DNA from: an uncultured Verrucomicrobiae bacterium
GTDB lineage: Bacteria; Verrucomicrobiota; Verrucomicrobiia; Limisphaerales; UBA11358
NCBI GenBank assembly: GCA_963708525.1
Contig: CAVPTH010000028.1
Coordinates: 16,873 to 80,872, forward strand
Length of the DNA stretch: 64,000 nucleotides
Direction: 5' to 3'
Part shown: positions 31,600 through 42,638 of the stretch, one piece after another
Numbering within the stretch: the first letter of the stretch is position 1
Layout: each line of letters begins with the position of its first letter
The notes under the pieces: model-generated
Told to the model about the DNA's origin: nothing
The model's database searches: none
Seen by the model: the letters and a program-made list of their open reading frames with translations, nothing else
Translations under genes and position numbers: made by a program

Positions 31600-32741
31600 G
31601 ACAGTCTCCTTCTCAGAAAGGGAACCAGGTGCGACAGGAATTGCACCACCATGCCTGTCGCAATCAGAATGCAGGCCAGATACGGCGTGAGCCAGCCGGG
31701 GTTTTTCACGACTTGCAGGACGCTGCCGGCGTTGTCCGGATCAAAGCTGGCCTGGTAAAAGGTCCGGCCGTCGTAACGCAGGGGATTATTCATGTAAATC
31801 AACACTTCACGGCGTTCGCCGGTGTCCGGGCGGTTGAGCAACAGTTGGCTGGAAAAATTTTTCGGAATGTCCGTGCCTTGATAAATATCGTGATGGAATT
31901 TGAGCAGGCGCAGGCTGAAGGGCAGATAAAAACGCACCGGCCGCAGTTGCAGTTGATAAGTGTGGCCGCCGGCGTTGAAGGTCTGCGGTTGTTCCAGCCA
32001 TTCTGAAACCAGCCAGGTGCCGACCGAATCCTGCGGGGTCACGATTTCCACCAGGGCCGACGGCATGTCCCGGCGGTCCATGGCGGTTTCGCGCGGCTTC
32101 GGTTTCCACCATAAACCGGCGCCGAAACCGGAATCTGCGTTGACCCGCGCCAGGCCGGATGCGGCATTGGTGGACAGCTCGGAGTTGGGGTAAAATTCTT
32201 TTACGCGAACGACGAACGGCAATTGATCGTTGTGGACGTCACCTTTTTTGGCCAGCAACCATTCGGGAATGGCCACCACGATTTCAAGCTTTTTGTCCGT
32301 GATATCAGTGACGGCCAGTTCATCCACGCGCTCGGCCTCGGAATAATTTTTCATCTGGCCCTCGCGCAGGTGCATCTGGCTTTCGACGGCGAACAGGTCG
32401 GTGGCAAGCTGGCCGAGAATCAGCAGAATCAACCCGGCGTGAATGATCCAGAGGCCGATTTTATCGCGGGTCAGTTTGAACCGGCTCAGGTGGGCCGCGA
32501 TGAGGTTGATGAGCAGCGTCGCACCGATCAAATAACCGCCCGGGAACACCGGGATTTTCCAGGTCGCATTGGCCGGATGCCAATAGATGAAAAAGCTGCG
32601 GAAAAATTCCGCCTGCGCCTTGTAAAGTCCCAGATGCACCTCGGCGAGCGTGCCGATAAAAATAAGCACCAGGGACAACACCAGCAGGACAACGGTCAGC
32701 CGCAGCGACGTGAAAAATTTAATGAGGCCATCAAGGAGCAT
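31596..32741 (-). CDS. ccsB: System II cytochrome c biogenesis protein ResB/CcsB
   Basis: SLRLTV, IHAGL, PKNFSS, MNNPLRY, FYQASF. Confidence 0.85.
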   Translation of the reverse strand: MLLDGLIKFFTSLRLTVVLLVLSLVLIFIGTLAEVHLGLYKAQAEFFRSFFIYWHPANATWKIPVFPGGYLIGATLLINLIAAHLSRFKLTRDKIGLWIIHAGLILLILGQLATDLFAVESQMHLREGQMKNYSEAERVDELAVTDITDKKLEIVVAIPEWLLAKKGDVHNDQLPFVVRVKEFYPNSELSTNAASGLARVNADSGFGAGLWWKPKPRETAMDRRDMPSALVEIVTPQDSVGTWLVSEWLEQPQTFNAGGHTYQLQLRPVRFYLPFSLRLLKFHHDIYQGTDIPKNFSSQLLLNRPDTGERREVLIYMNNPLRYDGRTFYQASFDPDNAGSVLQVVKNPGWLTPYLACILIATGMVVQFLSHLVPFLRRRLS

Positions 32742-33858
32742 TGGAATACCTCGCCGTCTGCACAAATTTGGTGAAAGCGTCCTTCTGGTCGGCAACGACT
32801 TTTTCGTCACCCTTCAGTTTATAAAACCAGGTCTGGTCGCCCATCGGGACCATGGCGGCGATGAGCCGCGTGTCCTGTCCGGACATGTCTTTGCCGGTCA
32901 GGTCCACAAAAGTCGCCTGTCCGCCGGCCACAGCCACCATCGTGGTCAGTTTGGCCAGACCGATTTCGTCCACCGGATCCAGGCCAATTTGTCCGCGCCA
33001 GCGGTTCACATTGGGCAGCACGCCGCCGCCATTGCCGCTCAACTGGGCGACATTCACTTCGGCCTTCGCGCCGTTGGCACCGGCAATGGAATATTCAGCC
33101 AGGAGGAATTGTGCCGCCGGTACTTCCTGCCAGCCGGCGGGGGCGGTCCAGGCCGGTTTGCCCACACCCGCCGGTTCCGCCGACAGCACCGATGCATTCT
33201 GGTCCCCGCCGCCAATGGGCGGATGTCCGGGCGGCAATGCCCCGGTCGGCGTTGCCGTGGAGAAGGTCAGCGATTTGAGAAAAGCGGCAAACTGCGGTTT
33301 CTGTTGTTCAACCAGTCCGGCTTCACCGGTCATTTTAAAAAACCACGTCGTCCCGCTGCGATCCTGCATGGCGCCCAGAATACGCTTGGCATTGTCGCTG
33401 CCGACGATGTCATAGAGTGTTCCCGGTTGGTCGCCGACCTGGACCGCTTCGCCCATTTTCTGCAGTTCATCCGCTGTGGCCGCCGACAAGCCTGCCTGGC
33501 CTCGCCAGCGGTTGACATTCGCGGTGTCACCGCCGGCTGAACCGGGGAGAGGCACCACAGTCACCTCGGCTTCTGCTCCGTTTTGGCCGATTACTTTAAA
33601 TGAGGCGATGCTCATCGCGCCGGGCGCGGTTTCGGTCCAGCCCTCCGGCAGTGTCCAGTGCAACTGTGGTCGCGCGGCGCTGTTATCGTTTGGCGCGGTC
33701 GCATTAGGAGGTGGAGCAGAGGAGGAGGAATCATCATTGGAGAGGCGATAGACCTGGACGTTGTCGCGGCCACAACCGGTGAGCATGGCAGCCAACAGCA
33801 CCAGCCCCAGCCGGGTTTGGAGAGGAGAACGGCTGGAAGCCAAAGACATAGAATTCAT
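32731..33858 (-). CDS. Lipoprotein with internally duplicated domain, upstream of ccsBA
   Basis: LTGC lipobox; two copies of WTxPxGW…NVNRWRGQ…TWFxKxxG; linker LPPGHPP. Confidence 0.75.
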   Translation of the reverse strand: MNSMSLASSRSPLQTRLGLVLLAAMLTGCGRDNVQVYRLSNDDSSSSAPPPNATAPNDNSAARPQLHWTLPEGWTETAPGAMSIASFKVIGQNGAEAEVTVVPLPGSAGGDTANVNRWRGQAGLSAATADELQKMGEAVQVGDQPGTLYDIVGSDNAKRILGAMQDRSGTTWFFKMTGEAGLVEQQKPQFAAFLKSLTFSTATPTGALPPGHPPIGGGDQNASVLSAEPAGVGKPAWTAPAGWQEVPAAQFLLAEYSIAGANGAKAEVNVAQLSGNGGGVLPNVNRWRGQIGLDPVDEIGLAKLTTMVAVAGGQATFVDLTGKDMSGQDTRLIAAMVPMGDQTWFYKLKGDEKVVADQKDAFTKFVQTARYSNAP

Positions 33859-34203
33859 TCTAAAAACTTACTAATTGTAAGCGTAAACGGCAAGCGGATG
33901 TTTGACGACCGCCGGCGACAAATTTATTACGCTGCCATAACCCCTGCCATATGGCCTATGGCCCGGGGCCGATCCCTATGGACCGGGTTAAGTCGTAGAA
34001 GTCATCGCCGGTCGCGTTGAGTGGCTCCAGCTGTTGGCCGCGCTTTGAACCAAAATGATGTGACACAAGTTGTCAGTGGCGGAAATTATCGGTTTGCCAT
34101 CATCGGTTATTGCATCGGGTCGTGGCAGTTGTCTTCATTGCCAAAAGCGTTTCCCTGGTAAATGTGCCAGGTGTCACGACCCGCCGTGTCGGGAGCGCAC
34201 CGG

Positions 34204-35676
34204 CTACAACGTGCCGTCGTGACAATCGTTGCAGCTGTTGTCGATATCGCCGGCCGGATGTTTAAACGGCTGGCCCTCGGGCGTTAATTGCTGCAGCTCC
34301 GGGCCGCTGCCCTGTGCCAGGATAACATGGCAGGCATTGCAACTGGCCGTGATGACCTTGCCGTCGGCGGATTTGTGACTGCCGTCATGGCAGCGGAAAC
34401 AGCCGGACCACAACAAGTGTCCGATATTGTCCGGATAAGCTCTCCAATCGGATTTCATTTTCGGGAAGAAATTGTCCCCATAAATCCGTTGCACGACTGA
34501 AATCACCTGGGGAATGCGCGGGTCATCGGGGTAATGTTCGGCCAGCACGGTGGCGATGCCTTCCCGGGCTTCCGAGTCGGTATCATATTTGCGCGTGAGG
34601 ACGTAGACGGCATTGGTTTTGATCCAAGGCAGGGTGCGCGGTATCTGGCCGAGGTTGATGGCGAGATCCACCGCGTCGTCCGGCGACATTAACCGGTGGG
34701 AAGGACGATTGTGGCAATCGATGCAATCCATTGTGCGAATCTGGTGTTGGCTGACGTCGTTGGTGAAGTTGGGCAGGTGATAGACGGTCACTACGCCCTG
34801 TGCATCCGTCATCCGCACCCAGGGGATGTTCTGCCGCATCGGGTCCTTCGCGACATACTCCACCCGGTTACTGGTTGACGTGTGCCAGTGAATGCCGCCC
34901 ACCGGACCAGACAGAGGATCACTGCCGCCAACCTTGACCGTCATGCGAATCGAATAAGGCGTATTCGAAACATCGCTCAGAAAGTAATAAAAAGTTTGAT
35001 CCAGGTTCCCGACGAATTGCCTGGGCCAATGGCATTGCTCGCAGGTTTCGCGCGCAGGACGCAGGTTTTTGATCGGGGTGGGAATGGGACGCGGATATTT
35101 GTCGAAGAGGGTCGCGTATATCTGGTAGGAACCGGAAAGTTTGGACCGGACAAACCAGCTTGCGCCCGGCCCGATATGACATTCTGCGCAGGCCACCCGC
35201 GCGTGCGGCCCCAGCGCGTGAGCGGTCAATTCCGGCTTCATCACCGTGTGGCAGGTCTCGCCGCAAAATTCCACCGACTCGGTGAATTGATAGGAGTTGT
35301 AGCTGCCCACCGCCGAAAGCAGGAGGAAAAACACGGCCCCGGCAAGGAAGATCGCCATGTTCCGCCGGTCCCGCGGACGGGAGAGATCAACCTGGACCAT
35401 GGATATCAAGGAGGCGCCTCCCTTCCGCCGGCGCCGCTCGCGCAACTCCCCAAGCACCGTTAGAAACAATCCAAAAACCAGAAAGGCGGGCACCACCATC
35501 CAGGTCAGTATGCTGATATAGGGATTCGAGAAGTGCGCTACCGTGTCCAGAATGAACAACTGGATGAATGAGAAGAGGGCGCCGATGACGGTAACCAATC
35601 CTGTCAGACTCAGCCAGTTGCGCAACAAGGACGGCCGCGAGGTCCGGGGCTCCGGGTTTTCTTTGTTCATATTCAA
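34204..35676 (-). CDS. NapC/NirT-family 7-heme inner-membrane cytochrome (ImcH-like)
   Basis: 3 N-terminal TM segments; CGETCH, CAECH, CEQCH, CIDCH, CFRCH, CNACH, CNDCH. Confidence 0.85.
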   Translation of the reverse strand: MNMNKENPEPRTSRPSLLRNWLSLTGLVTVIGALFSFIQLFILDTVAHFSNPYISILTWMVVPAFLVFGLFLTVLGELRERRRRKGGASLISMVQVDLSRPRDRRNMAIFLAGAVFFLLLSAVGSYNSYQFTESVEFCGETCHTVMKPELTAHALGPHARVACAECHIGPGASWFVRSKLSGSYQIYATLFDKYPRPIPTPIKNLRPARETCEQCHWPRQFVGNLDQTFYYFLSDVSNTPYSIRMTVKVGGSDPLSGPVGGIHWHTSTSNRVEYVAKDPMRQNIPWVRMTDAQGVVTVYHLPNFTNDVSQHQIRTMDCIDCHNRPSHRLMSPDDAVDLAINLGQIPRTLPWIKTNAVYVLTRKYDTDSEAREGIATVLAEHYPDDPRIPQVISVVQRIYGDNFFPKMKSDWRAYPDNIGHLLWSGCFRCHDGSHKSADGKVITASCNACHVILAQGSGPELQQLTPEGQPFKHPAGDIDNSCNDCHDGTL

Positions 35677-35950
35677 TGCATTATCAAAGTCGGGTTCCGT
35701 CTTTCAGGCTGCAGTTTTCCTGCATTCAGACTTTCCGTCTGACCACCGTATATTTCCATGCCGGCCATCACCATCATCGCTTCTGTGAGCGGTCGAAGGG
35801 ACGAAAATTCCCATCCTTCACACCAGGAAATTGACAGGTCTTATTGGAACCGGCGTGGCTAATCTTGCCAAAAGCCCAACCTCTTTGGCAAACGCGAACG
35901 CCCGGAGAGTTCCCTGAATATCTTTGGGAGGGCGATCCACTTCTGACAGG

Positions 35951-37190
35951 TTATGCCGCGCCGCGATCGTGCGCGGCAGGTGCGCTGACGGGCAGACGTT
36001 CGGACAGAAACAGTTTCACCAGCACCGTGAGAATGATGAACGGCAGGCACATGATGACGGCACTGATGAGCCAGCCTTCCTGTCCGGCAAACTCCATCTT
36101 GTAACTCATCACGCCGCGCAGGCTCTTGGAGAAAAACTGGCCGCCCATGACCACGTTCCAACGCATGGCCAGCACGCCGATCAGGATCATCGCGGCGCTG
36201 CCGAAAATCATGCGCCGCCGGACCAGCTCCGGCACGCGCCGGCGCAGAAGCTGAAGTAACCCCAGCAGCAACAGCGGTACCAACGTGCCGATGATCACCT
36301 GGCCGATGTTCAGCGTGTAAAAAAGTTTCTCACGGATCATGGTCTGCAAAACCGCGAACCCTTCCTCTGCCGCGAAACCGCGATGCAGCACGTCCAAAGT
36401 TTCCACGACCGCGTCCACCACCAGCGCGTAGAAGAGAAACATCGCCATCGTGTCCAGGCAGCGCATGTCCACGGTCTTGCGGCGAATCCAGGTCAGGACC
36501 AGGTAATTGAATACGCACAGCGCGATGCCGGAAACGATGGCGGACAGAATAAACATGATCGGCATCAGCACATTGCCCCACCAGGGATTGGCCTTGATGG
36601 ACCCGAAAATGAAACCGACATAGCCGTGCAACAAAAAGGCTGAAGGAATTCCGACAATCGAAAGGATCCATTCCATCTTCATGTCCAGCCGGACACTTTG
36701 CTCCGACACATCGGTCACCCCCAGGGTCAGCGCCCGATAGAGGACGCCCTCGAAAGCCAGGGCGTGACTTCCGACCATTTCACCAGGTCCTGCCGGAAAT
36801 CAAACCACAGTTCCAACAGCAGGACCGCCATCAGATACCAGGCATAAACAAAGCCGAAAATCGCCATGGGCGAAGTCAGGTGCGGGGTCATCATGATTTC
36901 GTAGTAGCGTTCCGGATGTCCCAGGTGGAACAGAAGTGGCAACGTCGCGCAGAGCAGGAAGGCAAAGCGCGGTCAACATCGAAAGCCGATACACCGGCTC
37001 CAGCGCCTTGACATTGAACACGCGCACCAGCGAGGCCATGATGAAGGCGCCCGCCACCAGTCCGGTGATGTAGGGATAAATGACAATCAGCGTGCTCCAG
37101 AGCGGATGAAGGGTGGCTTCATTGGGATACACATAACCTTGAAAGGTGGGGATCGCTTCCACCACACTATTGGTCAATCCAGTTGGTCAT
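35951..37190 (-). CDS. NrfD/PsrC-family quinol-interacting membrane subunit (CbcU-like; several frameshifts)
   Basis: YPYITGLVAGAF, HLGHPER, TSPMA.FG, LHGYVGFIFG, SAIVSG, RWNVVMGGQ across three ORF pieces. Confidence 0.82.
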
Positions 37191-37999
37191 CTATACCTCC
37201 TTGTCCAGCCCGGCGTACAGGACGCGCGGACTCGGTTCCCAGATGCGGCTTGAGCACCTGCGTGCGGTTGCCTTCATAAAATTTCCGGAGCGGATCGTCC
37301 GGCTGGAGATTCTTCAAGTCGCCGAAAATGCGCGCCTCCGCCGGACAAATTTCCACACACGCCGGTTTCAAGCCGCGGGTAATGCGATGATAACACAGCG
37401 TGCATTTCTCGGCCGTGTTGGTGGCCGGACTTAAAAACCGGGCAGCCATACGGGCAGGCTTGAACGCAAAAGGCACAGCCAATGCAGTAATTCGTGTCAA
37501 TCAAAACCGCCCCGTCCGGCGCCTGGAACGTGGCGCCCACCGGGCACACCTGGACGCAGGGCGGGTTTTCGCACAGATTGCACAGCTTGGGCACAAAGAA
37601 CGATTGCTCGATCTGGTCTTCCGCCACCGGACACTCCGGAAAGCCGTGCATTCCGCCGTCGGGCGAATCCACCAACGTTTCACCGCGGGTTTCCGCCGAG
37701 CCGGGTTTCGGCTTGGTGATGACGTAACGCTCGACCCAGGTGCGGTAATAAGGTCCTTGGGGGACGTCGTTTTCCTTCTTGCACGCCTCGGCACACAAAC
37801 CGCAACCGATGCATTTGGTGGCGTCAAGGCAGATCAGCCATTTGTGCGCAGTCGGGTCGTAACCCTTGGGCGCGCCGGAAGAGGTGAAGAAATTTTGCAC
37901 TGCCGCTTTGGCGGTGCGCGCCACGGGGAGCGCCAGCACGCCCGCAAGGATGGCGCCCATGCGGGCGAGCGCGCCGCGCCGGTTGAATTGGGTTTTCAT
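37191..37999 (-). CDS. 4Fe-4S (NrfC/DmsB-type) subunit with Tat signal (CbcT-like; frameshifted)
   Basis: FNRRGAL twin-Arg; CIGCGLCAEAC, CNLCENPPCVQVCP, CIGCAFCVQACP, CTLC…CVEICP. Confidence 0.87.
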
Positions 38000-38448
38000 G
38001 GGCTTTGGCTGGGTTGATGCGGCAGGTGGCAGTCGGTGCACTTGTCGCCATAGTGATTTTTCACCACGATTTGCTTGAACCAGGCGGGCCGCGACGGATT
38101 GGCCTCGTGACAGCGCAAGCAGAGACTTCCCGGCACCTTGGTCGGAACCACGTCGTGATTGAGCGCGTGCTCGCGATTCGGGCCATGACAGGCTTCGCAG
38201 GAAAGGGTCTTGTGTTCGAATTTGTCGAGCTTGTGCTGGGTGTCGGCGTGACATTCATCGCACGACTTTTTTCCGGCAAAGACCGGTGTGCGCGAGGCGA
38301 TTTCCTCCAGCGCCGCCCCGCGATACCATCCGTATTCCCCAAACGACTCCGGCACGAGCAGCGCGCGTCCGACCAGATAGGTTCCCACGATGGCCAGGGT
38401 CAGTAACACCAGCCGAAGAATCTGCGGTGGTAATCTGAAGCGGCGCAT
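37996..38448 (-). CDS. Membrane-anchored tetraheme cytochrome c (CbcS-like)
   Basis: N-terminal TM; CDECH, CEACH, CLRCH, CTDCH. Confidence 0.85.
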   Translation of the reverse strand: MRRFRLPPQILRLVLLTLAIVGTYLVGRALLVPESFGEYGWYRGAALEEIASRTPVFAGKKSCDECHADTQHKLDKFEHKTLSCEACHGPNREHALNHDVVPTKVPGSLCLRCHEANPSRPAWFKQIVVKNHYGDKCTDCHLPHQPSQSP

Positions 38449-38471
38449 GGTTTGGGAGGTTTAGGCGCGCG

Positions 38472-38811
38472 TTACGATTTGATACTGCGCACGTGGGTAA
38501 TCAGCGCCTTGATTTCGTCGTCATTCAGTTTGTCGCCGAAGGCCTTCATCTTGAGCTGGCCGTCCTGGGTAATGCCTTCCTTGATGGCCTTGGCCGCTTG
38601 GTCGTCGGTGAAGGACGCCTGGGCTTTGGGATCAGTAAAGTCCTTGATCTGCAGCTTGCGGCCGATCGTGGTCAGTCCTTTGCCGTCCTTGCCATGGCAC
38701 ATGGCGCAATCTTTATCCCAGTTTTGCTGAGCGTCACCCGCCGCCGCTGTCCCAACAACGCGCACCTGCCAGCACTGACGCGACCACTATCATTTTTATT
38801 GGAGTTTTCAT
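38472..38811 (-). CDS. Class I monoheme cytochrome c (frameshift in signal region)
   Basis: CAMCHGKDGKG, distal Met in KMKAF. Confidence 0.82.
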
Positions 38812-39336
38812 AACAAGAATGGTTCTAACCAGATTTTCGCACGGTCTCGGTTTACCTGAAAACCGGGCCTCTCAGGCTCGTTCTTATCAACGGGAGAACA
38901 TATCCCCGTTTAACGACCATCCCGGAATCGGACGCGGTTTTCACTCTGTAAGAACACTCCAGCAAAACCTAAGGTAATGCTTACCTTCCCTTGTTATTTA
39001 CTATGCTAAAATTGATTAACGCATAACAATAAAAAGTTATTATATTGTATCAATAAATCAGTTAAATTGATTATTAAAGACAAGATGATTAAAACGCTGG
39101 AATTTCTTCCGTTGGCGGGTCACAAAACCGGACCGGGTCATGTATTCACCGGTCGATAACTGCCGATGGCGGAGCAAAGAAGCCAACCCCGTGCGCCGGC
39201 GATGAATGCGCCGGCATTTCCCGGTTATTTACCTGCTTGAGTCGCGACAACACTTCACCGCCAGACTGACCCGCACCGGGTTTACTTTGGCGTGTCGGTC
39301 CGCGTCCGATCTGGTGACCGGGGCTGAAAGGGTGTT

Positions 39337-39694
39337 TTATTGCCCTGCTTTGAGGGTCCGGACGTGCGCCACCAGGGACTTGACCTCGTCATCGCTGAGC
39401 TTGTCGGCGAATGGCTTCATTTTGGTCTGGCCGTTTTCGATGACCCCTTCCTTGATGTCTTTGGTCGCCTTGATCATCGGTCAGGGCGGCCTGGACTTTG
39501 GCGTCGCTCAAATCCTTCATGCCCAGCTTGTGCCCCATCGTGGTCTGAGCTTTGCCGTCCTTGCCATGACAGGAGGCGCAAGCCTTGTTCCAGAGTTCGG
39601 TGACATCGCCGGCCCGGGCAGACCAGCATAACGCGCCTCCGATGACGCTGACCAAGGCCATGGTTTTCGCAACAGTTCTAATGTTCATCTTCAT
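39337..39694 (-). CDS. Class I monoheme cytochrome c, paralog (frameshift near 39470)
   Basis: Signal peptide; CASCHGKDGKA; shifted frame gives KMKPF…VAHVRTLK. Confidence 0.8.
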
Positions 39695-39807
39695 AATTGC
39701 TCCACTAAAGGATGTTACCGGGTTCTTGTCAAATCAAACCTCCGTTGCCGGTCCGCTGCCAACGGGCGCATCTTGGCACTATCCTTGGACGGGAAGTCCG
39801 TGCCGAG

Positions 39808-39913
39808 AATCATCGGGCGACTGGAAAGTCGCCCGAACCCGCGGACAGGAATGTCCGCGCTACGTAGCGCAGGCTTTCCAGCCTGCGGGTTCCGGGGACT
39901 TTCCAGTCCCCGG
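39808..39913. repeat. REP-like palindrome cluster centred on GCTACGTAGC
   Basis: cgggcgactggaaagtcgcccg, gcggacaggaatgtccgc, gcaggctttccagcctgc, ggggactttccagtcccc. Confidence 0.75.
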
Positions 39914-40150
39914 TTATGAACAGTGCCAAGATGCACCCCGCCAATATTTCGCCGGACTTTGATTTGCCATCCGGCTGCCGGTGTTCTATACCCATTCGAT
40001 ATGCTCACAATCTAAAGATGAACCCAAAACCCGCCACCCTTCGGTTGCACTTAATTGAAACAAAATTGATTCGCAATAAGTGATAAACGTTTATTATTCA
40101 TTAGAATGATATCAAATATATTAACCGTTTAAGCGGGTGGGTTTCGAGGT

Positions 40151-40802
40151 ATGAAAGAACCACTCGACCAGACCACGACCGCAGACCGTCCCGAGCGCGG
40201 CCAGAACCATTGTACGGGAAGCCGTGCTCGTGACGGTGGTGGGCGGGATTTTGGCCCTGGCCGCCAATCATTACTCACCCCGGGGCCTGGCGCTCACCCG
40301 GAATTATTTTCCGGAAGGGATCGGCAGTCCGATGCGGGGTGCCCCGGATGCCGGCACGAATGTCACGGCGCTTTCCTCCGCGTCGTCGCCGGCCGGACCG
40401 GAGAAATCGAAGGAATGGCAGTGGATCGATCGACCTCAGGCGGTACAACTTTTCCATGACTCCCATTTGAAGCAGGGCGCCATCGTGTTCATCGACGCGC
40501 GTGACGAGGAACATTATCTGGGCGGCCATATTCCGGGGGCCTATGAATTCGATCCGTATCATCCCGAGAAATATTTCCCGGCCGTGATGCCGGCCTGCCG
40601 GGCGGCGGCGCAAATTGTGGTTTACTGTTACGGCGGCGATTGCGACGACAGCAAGTCAGCAGCTCACCTGCTCCGGGAAGTGGGAATTCCCAATGGGAAG
40701 TTGTTCATCTATGGAGGGGGGATCACGGACTGGAGCACCAACCGCCAGCCGGTTGAGATCGGCACGCGAAACAGCGGTAACCTGAGTACCACCTTCCAAT
40801 GA
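40151..40802 (+). CDS. Membrane-anchored rhodanese-like protein (frameshift near 5' end)
   Basis: FIDAR…YLGGHIPGA, VVYCYGGDC, YGGGITDW. Confidence 0.82.
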
Positions 40803-41296
40803 CCAACGATCAGCCCATCCGACCGGTTGCGGTCGTCAATTTGTTCACCTTCCTGAGCCGGTGGTTGCTGGGGGCGTTTTTTGTGTACATGGGTCTGACG
40901 AAGGCATTACATCCGGTCGAGTTCCTGAAGCTCCTGCGGCAATACGACCTGACCCAGTTCGCCTTGTTATTAAATTTGCTGGCCGGGTTGTTGCCCTGGT
41001 TTGAAATCTTTTGCGGGCTGCTGTTGCTGCTCGGGGTGGCGGTACGCGGGACGGCCCTGACGCTGATCGTAATGCTGGTGGCGTTCACCCTGGTCGTGTG
41101 GCATCGCGCGCTGCAGTTGCAGGTGGCGTTGCATATTCCCTTCTGTGCGGTGAAGTTCGATTGCGGCTGCGGCACTGGCGAGGAATACATTTGCCACAAA
41201 CTGGTGGAAAATATTTTGCTTACCCTCTTGTCCGCCTGGTTGTTGACGGGACGGGGAAAACAATTTTGCGCGCGCTACAGCCTTTTCGGTCGTTGA
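40799..41296 (+). CDS. MauE/DoxX-family redox-associated membrane protein
   Basis: R..LG..F…G..K, LPWFEI..GLLLL.G, DCGCG. Confidence 0.85.
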   Translation: MTNDQPIRPVAVVNLFTFLSRWLLGAFFVYMGLTKALHPVEFLKLLRQYDLTQFALLLNLLAGLLPWFEIFCGLLLLLGVAVRGTALTLIVMLVAFTLVVWHRALQLQVALHIPFCAVKFDCGCGTGEEYICHKLVENILLTLLSAWLLTGRGKQFCARYSLFGR

Positions 41297-41702
41297 AGCG
41301 TTAAAGCGTTTCAAAAAACATGTAGCCGCCGACGCTAAGCTGAGCAAATCGAGGCAAGGCCACGTGGCGAGAGAAAGGAAAATAAGGATATGCGGGACAG
41401 AGCGTATATGACGTTGAAATGGATTGCGAAACGGCTCCAGATGGAAGTTGGAGAAATGTATCGAATTGCCGAGCGACGACGATGAATGAGGACAAAATTG
41501 TCAATACAGTGGACTGACCTGTTACGTTTCCAAGGTTATAATAGCATTAAAATCACTAATGGAGCCATTTTGTTAGAAAGGCATAAATAGAGAATTAATT
41601 ACACCGGATATTTTGGATTCTGGGGATAAAAGCTCAAAATCGAACCAACCCCCACCGACACGCCGACGCTTGGAATTTAACAAAACCCTAAAATCCTGAA
41701 TT

Positions 41703-42584
41703 ATGTACTTCTTTTGGACATTGACTGAATCGGGCACTAAAGACCCTCAAGTGAGTCGTACGCTAAAGAAGATGGAACTATCGTAAAGAAAGAGCATCTC
41801 TATGTTCTCACGGCTGTTTCCCTTTTTGAATACAAGTGGCGTGATTTTGAACGTAACATCTCCAATAAAGCTGGTAAATATCCAGGTGTCATTTATTTAG
41901 GAACGGAAGCTATGAATCTAAGTGGGAGGAAAAGTATTGGGTGCGACTTCCTGAACAACGTGTGAGGGAAAGTCCATTCTTGAACGCTTTGGTTGATAAG
42001 GATAGAACCCGAATCGCAGAAGAATTTTATGCGCAACTTGCCCCGATGCGAATGCATTTGTTTAGTGTTGTAGTGGATAAGCGAAAACTCTTTGGCCATG
42101 TAGACCATGATATTTTATTCAAGAAGGCATATGAACTTGTTGGAGCGTATTGAGCATTACCTTTGGGAGTTCCATCCAAAGCACGAGAAGGCGTAATCGT
42201 GATTGACGATACGGGGCGAATGACAAATCGCTCACTGGCAATGAAGCACGCCTATATTCAGCGTGAAGGCAATCAAGTAATGAGATTCCATCACATTGTC
42301 GAGAATACCCCATGTTTACAGACAGCGCGCTTTCCAATGGCATCCAACTTGCGGATTTATGTGGGTACAACATTTATCGAGCATTTAGAAATAAAGACTT
42401 CACATATCCGTATTTTGCTAAGATGTTAGATAGGTTCTACTGCTCGCATAAAACCCCTGAGAATAAACTTGATGGCCTAAAAGTGTGGCCGGACGATTCA
42501 GAACTAGTAGAGTTTGCGCGGGAAGGATGGATAACCTACAAAACAAAACAACCCACCTTATGGGGTGGGCAAACCACAAAATAA
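41703..42584 (+). pseudogene. DUF3800-domain protein, multiply frameshifted (pseudogene or sequencing error)
   Basis: N-terminal MYFF..(I)DESG-like motif, IVIDD, C-terminal DSALSNGIQLADLCGY (QxxD). Confidence 0.7.
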
Positions 42585-42591
42585 AATATGG

Positions 42592-42638
42592 AGTCAGGCT
42601 GGGATTACCCATATCAAGCTGACAAGCAGCACCCGACT
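42592..42638 (+). ncRNA. Candidate structured RNA downstream of DUF3800 gene
   Basis: agtcaggctg…cagcacccgact outer stem with inner gggattaccc hairpin. Confidence 0.35.

Noticed and set aside
34062-34078. TGACA-N5-TGTCA palindrome upstream of the ccs operon
   Set aside because: A single short occurrence; cannot be told from chance without comparative data.
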